DNA from: an uncultured Lachnospiraceae bacterium
GTDB lineage: Bacteria > Bacillota > Clostridia > Lachnospirales > Lachnospiraceae
Reading direction: 5' to 3'
Assembly: GCA_946624935.1 (NCBI GenBank)
Contig: CAMOSN010000002.1
Span: 30,786 to 94,785, forward strand
DNA: 64,000 nucleotides
The position numbers and the translations under genes were made by a program. Shown in pieces: positions 17,453 to 27,449 of the stretch. Below the pieces are notes generated by a model that saw only the letters and a list, made by a program, of their open reading frames with translations, was not told where the DNA came from and did not search any database. Each line of letters opens with the position of its first letter. Position 1 is the stretch's first letter.

Positions 17453-18916
17453 TCAGCGCTTATGGCCGCCGATCTGGCCATTTCGCTCAATGGTTGTGGC
17501 TCCTTCCAGCAGATTGAAGCCCTTTACTATGGAACTGGCGCCATATTTTTTGCGCACTGCGAGCATCGCACTCTGGATTTGTCGTTCCTTCTCCAGTGCA
17601 CCGTAGTCGGTAAACAGATTCAGCTGAAAGGACTGATTATCGGTTATCGTACGATCGGCATTGACTCCGATTCGTCGGTACAGCAGACGATGGTCGGTTT
17701 TTTTGTCAAACTGCTCGAGAAGGGCAGCGGTAACGGCCTTTACGGAATTGGTTTTTTCCGGGAGGCGGACCGTTCCGTTACTGTGCTTCGGGTGAAGCCG
17801 CCCATAAAAATCCACCACCAGGGGGCCGTCATAACCGGGGCACTCCTCCAGTGATTTATAATCGTAGCTGACCCACCAGGTAAATACCCTGGAGATCAGA
17901 TTTTTGGAAAACAGATCGGCGCAAAGCACATCGATCATTTCCTGGAATATAATTCTTGCCTCCGCGTATTTATATGGCCGGGGAAGGACCTGTCCGTTTG
18001 AAAGACTGTGCCCTGTCGGACGGTAACGCTTGATGTCCGCCATGGTGACAGGCTCGATGCCCCAGGCATGGTCGATCAGGATCTCTGCGTCGATTCCGAA
18101 GGTTTTATAAAAAAACTCCTCGTCCCAGATGCTCCGGTTCGCGATCTCACCCATGGTAAAGAGACAGTTTTTCTGCAGACGCAGGGCTTTCCCGGGACCA
18201 AGCTGCCAGAAGTCCGTGAGAGGCGTGTGGTCCCAGAGGAGAAAGCAGTAGGACTGTTCATTGAGCTCGGCAATACGCACTCCATCCCGGTCAGCGGGTC
18301 TTTTCTTTGCAACGATATCCATGGCAACCTTGGCCAGATACAGGTTGGTGCCGATCCCGACAGTGGCTGTAATTCCGGTGGCTTTCAGGACGTCACGGAT
18401 CATGGTCATTGCCATGACATGGGCCGGATGGACCCCCTGCTCTTTTGCTTTCTCCCGATAAAAGTGGAGATAGGACGTACAGTCCAGAAAAGATTCGTCC
18501 ACGGAATATACATGGATATCCTCCGGGGCAACATAGCGCAGCAGGATCGAGTAGATCCGGGCAGATACCCGTTCGTATTCTGCCATTCGTGGAACAGCCG
18601 TGTAGTAATAGACCTTCGTATGGTGCAGCAGCTCATAGTTGCGGATCGCCTGCTTTGCCTCGAAGAGTCTTGGCCGCGAGGGGACCCCGATCGCTTTTAA
18701 AGCCGGTGAGACAGCCAGGCAGATCGTCTGATCCGAACGGGATGCATCGGCCACAAGAAGATTCGCTTTCAGTGGATCAATTCCGCGGGCAACGCATTCG
18801 ACAGAAGCATAAAAGCTTTTCATGTCAATTGCGATATAGGTTCGTTTGGCGGGCTGGTCCAAATTTGCAGGATTATTCTTTGCATCCGGAGCCTTTCCAT
18901 TTAAATCGGAACGCAT
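17453..18916 (-). CDS. Y-family (translesion) DNA polymerase
   Basis: YIAIDMKSFYASVECV and YSVDESFLD catalytic motifs, then palm/thumb/little-finger length (487 aa). GGAG lies 9 nt upstream of ATG 18916. Confidence 0.9.
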   Translation of the reverse strand: MRSDLNGKAPDAKNNPANLDQPAKRTYIAIDMKSFYASVECVARGIDPLKANLLVADASRSDQTICLAVSPALKAIGVPSRPRLFEAKQAIRNYELLHHTKVYYYTAVPRMAEYERVSARIYSILLRYVAPEDIHVYSVDESFLDCTSYLHFYREKAKEQGVHPAHVMAMTMIRDVLKATGITATVGIGTNLYLAKVAMDIVAKKRPADRDGVRIAELNEQSYCFLLWDHTPLTDFWQLGPGKALRLQKNCLFTMGEIANRSIWDEEFFYKTFGIDAEILIDHAWGIEPVTMADIKRYRPTGHSLSNGQVLPRPYKYAEARIIFQEMIDVLCADLFSKNLISRVFTWWVSYDYKSLEECPGYDGPLVVDFYGRLHPKHSNGTVRLPEKTNSVKAVTAALLEQFDKKTDHRLLYRRIGVNADRTITDNQSFQLNLFTDYGALEKERQIQSAMLAVRKKYGASSIVKGFNLLEGATTIERNGQIGGHKR

Positions 18917-19098
18917 GGCGTATCACTCCATAGTCCCATTCGAATGTCTTCCTCAAGGATTTTCTGTATTCTCCGGTATTCCCGGATCTCTTCTACAGTG
19001 GCTTTGCGTATGGACCTGGCTCCGCAATCCGGACATGCGCCAGGTGAATGCGAATACTGAAAAAGATAACGACATTTTGGGCAGGCATAGGTTTTCAT
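18901..19098 (-). CDS. small Zn-ribbon protein (65 aa), first gene of the SOS operon
   Basis: MKTYACPKCRYLFQYSHSPGACPDCGARS has CxxC-N13-CxxC spacing. AAGGAGG lies upstream of ATG 19098. The stop overlaps the polymerase start by 16 nt. Confidence 0.55.
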   Translation of the reverse strand: MKTYACPKCRYLFQYSHSPGACPDCGARSIRKATVEEIREYRRIQKILEEDIRMGLWSDTPCVPI

Positions 19099-19136
19099 AA
19101 GCAGCCTCCTTTTCATCATAAAGAGGACCAGGGAAT

Positions 19137-19150
19137 CGAACGCATGTTCG
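19137..19150. promoter_or_regulatory. LexA operator (Cheo/SOS box)
   Basis: CGAACGCATGTTCG is a perfect palindromic match to the Firmicute GAAC-N4-GTTC LexA box. It lies 39 nt upstream of the Zn-ribbon start codon and just downstream of the predicted -10. Confidence 0.7.
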
Positions 19151-19164
19151 AATGTTTTAAACAT

Positions 19165-19193
19165 ATACTACTCTGCGAAGTTCATTTTGTCAA
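19165..19193 (-). promoter_or_regulatory. sigma-A-type promoter of the Zn-ribbon/Y-pol/SRAP operon
   Basis: Minus-strand TTGACA (19193-19188), a 17-nt spacer, then TAGTAT (19170-19165). Confidence 0.5.
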
Positions 19194-19222
19194 CTGCTAT
19201 TCTCGGTTGCAGATGAAACTTC
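19177..19222. promoter_or_regulatory. imperfect inverted repeat bracketing both divergent -35 regions (candidate operator)
   Basis: GAAGTTCAT (19177-19185) and ATGAAACTTC (19213-19222) are reverse complements apart from one extra A. Confidence 0.3.
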
Positions 19223-19228
19223 TTTTTG

Positions 19229-19237
19229 TGGTATAAT
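19229..19237 (+). promoter_or_regulatory. extended -10 promoter element for the WYL gene pair
   Basis: TGGTATAAT lies 40 nt upstream of GTG 19277. The nearest -35-like TTGCAG sits at a 19-nt spacing. Confidence 0.4.
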
Positions 19238-19276
19238 AAATGCATCTTCAATCGTGACGGGGAGGAATGATCATCT

Positions 19277-20500
19277 GTGGCCTACAGCGAACTGATCAAG
19301 AATTTCAACCGGATCCGGGCTTATCTGCGCGCGTTCTATGTGCAGGGATTTCGGCATCGGGACGAATTTACGCAGAAGAGTCTTCGAAGCTATGACAACG
19401 AAAGACGCCGCGTGGAGAGCTGGCTCGGAGATTATATGTCCTTTGGTCAGGACGAAGACGGACGGCGTATCTTTCTCTCCGTGGACAGCAGGAGCATACC
19501 GGAGAATCCTCTGTACAGAGCATTTCGAACCAGGACCTTTACAGACCGGAGCATCATGCTGCATTTTCATATTCTGGATCTTTTAAAGGTGACCGGTGGT
19601 CTTTCCATCACAGGAATGATGGACGAACTGACCGATCGGCTTTCGCAATTTGAGCCCGGAGATCTCCCGGATGAATCGACCGTTCGAAAAAAACTCAGAG
19701 AGTATGGTTCTCTTGGCCTGATTCGTATGGAAAAGCAGGGGCGGGAAACGGTTTACAGGCTCAGTGAGGATCACATGGCGCTGCCTTCCTGGGTGGAAGC
19801 TGTCGCTTACTTTTCGGAGAGTGCTCCTCTGGGAGTGATCGGTTCCTTTATTCAGAACCAGCTTCCCGATCATTTTGAGAAATTCCGATTTAAGCATCAT
19901 TATATTCTAAATGCTCTGGACAGTGAGATCCTGTATGCATTATTTCAGTCAATCGGAGAAAAGCGCCTGATTACGATAACGATTCGTCGTCAGGCAATCC
20001 ATGTGCTGCCGCTGAAAATCTATATCGGCACACAGACCGGCCGGCAATATCTGCTGGCCTGGTCACCGTGGAAGAAAAGCTTCAGCTTTTACCGGGCAGA
20101 TCTGATCGATAAGGTAAAATCAGATTGCCTGCAAACCGTTCCCGAGGATCTGGCCAACCGCCTGGACGCGTTCTGCGCGCATACATGGGGTGTTTCAGGA
20201 GGGGAAAGTGAAGACAGGGAACATATCGAAATGACTGTTTTTGCAGGATCGGATGAGTGCTTTATTGTGGAAAGGCTCGAGCGTGAAAAGCGGTGCGGAA
20301 CGGTCAGCCGGGTGGATGATACCCACTGGAGGTTCAGCGCAGACGTATATGATGCGCTTGAAATGCTGCCATGGCTGCGGACATTTATCGGAAGAGTGAC
20401 ACAGCTGCAATGCAGTAATGAAGCGGTCGTGGCCCGTTTCCGGGAGGATGTAGCGGAAATGGCAATGATGTATGGAGGGGTGCGTGATGCTGTTCCATGA
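19277..20500 (+). CDS. HTH-WYL-WCX domain transcriptional regulator (PafB/PafC-like), long subunit
   Basis: wHTH-like ESTVRKKLREYGSLGLIRMEKQGRETVYRL. WYL-type core HVLPLKIYIGTQTGRQYLLAWSPWKKSFSFYRADLIDKV. C-terminal extension ends MLPWLRTFIGRVTQLQCSNEAVVARF. GTG start with GGAGGA RBS. Confidence 0.65.
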   Translation: MAYSELIKNFNRIRAYLRAFYVQGFRHRDEFTQKSLRSYDNERRRVESWLGDYMSFGQDEDGRRIFLSVDSRSIPENPLYRAFRTRTFTDRSIMLHFHILDLLKVTGGLSITGMMDELTDRLSQFEPGDLPDESTVRKKLREYGSLGLIRMEKQGRETVYRLSEDHMALPSWVEAVAYFSESAPLGVIGSFIQNQLPDHFEKFRFKHHYILNALDSEILYALFQSIGEKRLITITIRRQAIHVLPLKIYIGTQTGRQYLLAWSPWKKSFSFYRADLIDKVKSDCLQTVPEDLANRLDAFCAHTWGVSGGESEDREHIEMTVFAGSDECFIVERLEREKRCGTVSRVDDTHWRFSADVYDALEMLPWLRTFIGRVTQLQCSNEAVVARFREDVAEMAMMYGGVRDAVP

Positions 20501-21395
20501 AATGTACGGAAGTTATTTCCAAGCTGCAGATGCCATCCTGAAAGAAGCAGTGCGCGGAACGCTGACTGGAAAAGAAATGAATGTGCTTGTACAAAGGTAT
20601 GCTTTCGGAGAAAGCCTCCTTACGATTCCGGAGGGAATGGCCGGAGAAAAATGGAAGCTGCTTCACAGGGATTTCACGACGCCTCTGGAGGAGGTACCGG
20701 ATATGCCGTTGACGATCCTGGAGAAGCGCTGGATGAAAGCGCTTCTCCAGGATCCGAGGATCAGACTGTTCGAGCCGGATTTCACAGGTCTGGAGGATGT
20801 GGAACCCCTTTTCACACCGGACATGGTTGTCTATTATGACCGGTATGCGAATGGAGATGCCTATGAGGACCCCGCTTATATCCGATATTTCCGTACAATC
20901 TGTCAGGCTTTGCGGGAAAGCCGTGATCTGCGCATAGGGTTTGAGACAAAGGACAAAACACAACCAGTATTGTCCCTGACACCTTACTACCTGGAATACT
21001 CGGAAAAGGATGACCGCTTTCGGCTGATCGCCTCCGGAAATGGGAAACGCTGGCTGATTAATCTGTCACGGATCATTTTCTGTGAGATCGCCGGCGGGAG
21101 TGAACTCAGAGCGCTTCCCCCGGCATCCATAGATATGGTCACGTTCGAACTGGAGGACCGCCGCAATGCTCTGGAGCGGGTACTATTACATTTTTCCCAT
21201 CTGGAAAAGGAAACGAAGCGCCTGGATGATACACATTATCGTGTGACGCTCAAGTATGACCGGGCAGACCGTACGGAAATGGTGATCCGAATCCTGTCCT
21301 TTGGCCCGGTCATTAAGGTGATTGCGCCTGAGTTTTTTGTCGGGCTTATCCGGGAGCGGATCGAAAAGCAGCTTCGGATATCAGCACCGGAATAA
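20487..21395 (+). CDS. WYL-WCX domain protein, short subunit (no obvious N-terminal HTH)
   Basis: LSLTPYYLEYSEKDDRFRLIASGNGKRWLINLSRIIFCEI is WYL-like. The C-terminus YRVTLKYDRADRTEMVIRILSFGPVIKVIAPEFF is WCX-like. ATG 20487 overlaps the upstream stop (20498-20500). Confidence 0.6.
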   Translation: MLFHEMYGSYFQAADAILKEAVRGTLTGKEMNVLVQRYAFGESLLTIPEGMAGEKWKLLHRDFTTPLEEVPDMPLTILEKRWMKALLQDPRIRLFEPDFTGLEDVEPLFTPDMVVYYDRYANGDAYEDPAYIRYFRTICQALRESRDLRIGFETKDKTQPVLSLTPYYLEYSEKDDRFRLIASGNGKRWLINLSRIIFCEIAGGSELRALPPASIDMVTFELEDRRNALERVLLHFSHLEKETKRLDDTHYRVTLKYDRADRTEMVIRILSFGPVIKVIAPEFFVGLIRERIEKQLRISAPE

Positions 21396-21417
21396 CAATG
21401 GCAAGTGCTAAAATGGT

Positions 21418-23794
<2,377 letters not shown>

Positions 23795-23827
23795 TTTAAT
23801 CCTTTACTTGAGATTGGACAGAATGGA

Positions 23828-23866
23828 TTAACGATAATCCTATTATCAAATCTATGTTATCGATAA
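23828..23866. promoter_or_regulatory. two LacI-type operator-like sites in the divergent promoter region
   Basis: Perfect 10-bp palindrome TTATCGATAA (23857-23866) and a one-mismatch copy TTAACGATAA (23828-23837). They lie 29 bp apart, in the AT-rich region between the permease and the LacI gene. Confidence 0.35.
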
Positions 23867-24078
23867 TTTATGCAAATATCAATATAATATTATTGCTATT
23901 TTTAAAAAAATGTGCAATATAACTAAAAGAGGGATGCTTTCTTCAACCAGAATCATTGCTGCCTCAAGGAAGTAATTCTTCCAATGTTGTTTTTTGCAGT
24001 ATTTTCAGGTTATAATATTATGTATATTTGAGCAGTTTCCATGACAGGAAGAATGAGCATCGTTACGAGGAAGAAAGA

Positions 24079-25108
24079 ATGAGAGCAACTGAAGGATATT
24101 GCAAAGGAATGCGGCTGTTCCGCTAACACGGTCTCGCGGGCGCTGCGCGGTGACCGGAGGATTTCCGAGGCGGTACGTACACTCGTGAAGGAAACAGCGG
24201 ATCGTATGGGCTACATTCCGAATACAATGGCTGCATCCCTGCGATCCGGATATAGCCATATGATCGCGGTAATTGTTAATGACCTGCATAATCAGCACTA
24301 CTGTGACCTGATCAATCAGATGGACCGGGAGCTGAGACAATTAAACTACACACTGATGATCCTGTGTATGCAGCTGGAGGATGATCTGGCAGAAAAGTTG
24401 ATCCACACGGCGGTTTCTCTTGCCGTAGACGGAATCTTATATTTCCCGAGTGTCGGTCAGAGACATTATGTAGAGTATATGATTTCAAGTAAAATGCCTT
24501 TTGTTCTTCTTGACCGGCGGGTGAATGATCTTGAGGCCGATACGGTACGATGCGATGACGAAAGTGGAGGCTATCTGGCAGGGGAACACCTTATCAAACT
24601 TGGACATCGAAAATTTCTTTTTCTGTCGGGTGTGGATCTGAGCAGCTCGCAGATCGATCGTCTGAACGGCTTTATGAAAGCAGTTCGGCAATATGCACTT
24701 CCGGATGCGTGCGTACAGGTGATCCCGGGCGATGAGGTAGAGATGGCTCTGCGAAATAATAATCTTTCGAATCTGATTTTCCCGGGCGATTATACTGCAA
24801 TTGTGTGCTTCCGGGATGAGGTGGCTTATCCCGTGATGAATGCACTGCGGGATCATGGCATAACCATTCCGGAAAGTGTTTCTGTAATCAGCTTTGATAA
24901 CCTGTACGCAGAGAATCCTTCGAGGCCGCCGGTTACAAGTATTTACTGCGCCGGACACAGCATTGCCAGCCTGGGAGTAAAAATGCTGATGGAGCGGATT
25001 AAAGACCCGGCGATTACTCCTCGGAATATGATTCTTCCTGTGCAGATCTTTAATCATGGAACAACTGGTCCTGTTCATAAGGCTGACGAAAGGAGTGAAA
25101 GAAAATGA
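24079..25108 (+). pseudogene. LacI-family regulator with a 5' frameshift between its ATG/RBS and the HTH reading frame
   Basis: The HTH sequence QLKDIAKECGCSANTVSRALRGDRRISEAVRTLVKETADRMGYIPN is read from 24086, in frame with ORF 24185..25108. That frame has TGA at 24080-24082 and no ATG/GTG/TTG before 24185. The only RBS-linked ATG (24079) is in another frame and stops at 24124-24126. Confidence 0.55.
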
Positions 25109-26307
25109 ATCGAAGTGACAGGAAGTTTTTTTGTGTATTATATCTGATTGTACTGAGCATCACGATCTGCATGCCGATTTATGCGAAGGCCGGGAATCAA
25201 GAAGCGGCGCAGGCATACGGGAAAACATCCATGAATCTTTTCAGGGAGGTTGTGAAGAAATCCGATGTGAACGAGAACATCCTGATTTCTCCCGACTCAA
25301 TCATCACTGCAATGACGATCGTGGAAAATGGTGCTGCCGGAAAGACTCTGAGTGAAATGAAGCACGCTTTTGGAGACGTCAGTGTAAAGAAATACAATCA
25401 GTATCTGTCCTCTGTGCATCAGTCGCTTTCGTCATCCAAAGCAATCACCTACAAGCCGGCCAATGCCATATGGTACAACAAGGATCACATCTCCGTTCAA
25501 AAGGCATTCCGAAGAAAAGTCAAGGCATCCTTTGATGCTGAAATCTCCGGAACGAGATTTGATGCACAGGCGGCAGAGAAAATCAATCGGTGGGTAAGCA
25601 GGAAAACCAGAAAGAAGATCCGGAAAATCATTGACAGGCTGGAGCCCTCTGACAGGGCGGTTATTGTCAATGCCGTTTATTTCAAAGGTGCATGGATGGA
25701 TCCGTACGCAGGAACACACAGGAAAAAATTTACGGACGCAAAAGGGAACGCCACAACCGTAAATATGCTGGAGGGTACCGAAGACGAATACATTACTTTA
25801 AAAAGGGGGAAAGGTTTTGTAAAGTACTATTCCGGAGGAAAGACCGCGTTTCTGGGCATCCTTCCACCGAAGGGAATGTCGGTAAAGGAGTATGTGGCAG
25901 GCCTGTCAGAGAAGGACCTGATCAGCGCGTATAGAAAGCGAAAGACCGGAAATGTTATTGTAAGGACAAGAATGCCGGAGTTTACCTGTTCTTATGAGAC
26001 CTCTATGAAAAAAAGTCTGCAGAGAATGGGGATCCGCAGGGCATTTACGAATCATGCAGATTTTTCAAAAATGTCAAACGGGGATATTCATATTGATGAT
26101 GTCCTGCATAAAACCTACATAAAGCTGGATAAAAACGGAACAGAAGCTGCCGCCGTTACGGCAGTTGTCATGAAAGCGAACAGTGTCTGTCCGCAGATTG
26201 AGCCGAAGATCTACAGAGTATACCTGGACCGGCCTTTTGTTTATGCGATTATTGATACAGAAAGCGGGGCGCCCTTGTTTATGGGAGTCGTCAATCATGT
26301 TGCCTGA
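25105..26307 (+). CDS. secreted serpin-family protease inhibitor
   Basis: Signal peptide (FFCVLYLIVLSITICMPIYAKA). Serpin motifs NAVYFKGAWMDPY, hinge GTEAAAVTAVVM and C-terminal DRPFVYAIID..PLFMGVV. ATGA overlap with the LacI stop. Confidence 0.85.
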   Translation: MNRSDRKFFCVLYLIVLSITICMPIYAKAGNQEAAQAYGKTSMNLFREVVKKSDVNENILISPDSIITAMTIVENGAAGKTLSEMKHAFGDVSVKKYNQYLSSVHQSLSSSKAITYKPANAIWYNKDHISVQKAFRRKVKASFDAEISGTRFDAQAAEKINRWVSRKTRKKIRKIIDRLEPSDRAVIVNAVYFKGAWMDPYAGTHRKKFTDAKGNATTVNMLEGTEDEYITLKRGKGFVKYYSGGKTAFLGILPPKGMSVKEYVAGLSEKDLISAYRKRKTGNVIVRTRMPEFTCSYETSMKKSLQRMGIRRAFTNHADFSKMSNGDIHIDDVLHKTYIKLDKNGTEAAAVTAVVMKANSVCPQIEPKIYRVYLDRPFVYAIIDTESGAPLFMGVVNHVA

Positions 26308-26335
26308 TCTGCGCTTTTGGACAGATCAAAGCTTT

Positions 26336-27277
26336 TCAGAGATTCTGCTTTTCTGACAGGGCTTTCACGCTTGTTGCATATTCTGACGGTGACATTCCGG
26401 TAAGATTGCGGAATTGTCTGGAGAAAAACTGCACGGTGGAATATCCAAGGCGGACGGAGATCTGTGTGATTGACAGATCTGTACTGCGGATCAATGTCTT
26501 TGCCTGTTCGATTTTCAACTGATTATAATGCTCGATTACCCCATGGCCGGTTTCTCTTTTGTAAATGGAACAAAGGAGAGACCGGCTTATTAAATTGTCC
26601 TTGCAAATTTGCGAGATTTTCAGAGCATCGGAAAGATGATTGCGCAGATAAAGCTCAAGCCGGTCGAATAATTGCTTTTGACTGTTAAGCGTTGTCGTTT
26701 TCGAAATGTGCATATTTGTACCGATCATCCGACTGATCGATGCTTCATTTTTACTTCGCAGCATCAGATGCAGCAGGAAAGTGGTCAGCTCCAATACCAT
26801 CATCTGCAGCATTTCGGGGTCGGCGTCAGGCTGAAAGGTCAGTTTGGTCAGATAGGGATCATCCATACGGCAGGAAAGACATTTTCTGGCGCGTGAAACG
26901 ATGGAAGCAAGAAACGCACGCTCTTCCTCGTTTACGGAGAGAATCTTACCCCTGAAAAAATCCATGGCAGGACTTAAGCAGCGAAAGGAAAGAACAATCA
27001 GATTGGGCGTGTAGCTTCTGGCATGAACCGCATGAAATTCCATTGGTTGATGAAAGGCGATTTCATCCTTCTGCAGAAGTATTTCACGGTCACCTGCTGT
27101 GATGGATACCTTTCCTTTATCAACGAAGATAAATTCCCAGAAATTATGCTGTTCACCTGCAAAGGAAAAGTTTTTGGCGTATTCAAAATAATGGATTGAG
27201 TAAATTGTATTGATATCCAGAATAGATGGCAGGGTTGTTGGTATAAACTTGCCTGTATTATCCGCCGGTTTCTTCAT
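26336..27277 (-). CDS. AraC-family transcriptional regulator (cupin plus HTH)
   Basis: The C-terminal AraC HTH is ITQISVRLGYSTVQFFSRQFRNLTGMSPSEY. The N-terminal domain is cupin-like. ATG 27277 is preferred over 27340. Confidence 0.85.
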   Translation of the reverse strand: MKKPADNTGKFIPTTLPSILDINTIYSIHYFEYAKNFSFAGEQHNFWEFIFVDKGKVSITAGDREILLQKDEIAFHQPMEFHAVHARSYTPNLIVLSFRCLSPAMDFFRGKILSVNEEERAFLASIVSRARKCLSCRMDDPYLTKLTFQPDADPEMLQMMVLELTTFLLHLMLRSKNEASISRMIGTNMHISKTTTLNSQKQLFDRLELYLRNHLSDALKISQICKDNLISRSLLCSIYKRETGHGVIEHYNQLKIEQAKTLIRSTDLSITQISVRLGYSTVQFFSRQFRNLTGMSPSEYATSVKALSEKQNL

Positions 27278-27449
27278 GAGACCCCCATAATGCATAAAAA
27301 ATGAAACGATATCTAAGGATATCTTGGTCAATAACATCATGAAAAGAAACGATAATATAAATTATAAGAACAAAAGTATAACAATGCAAGAGAGAAAAGA
27401 GGTAAAATAAAAAATAATACGATACTATTAATGAAGGAGGGGTCCTGAA

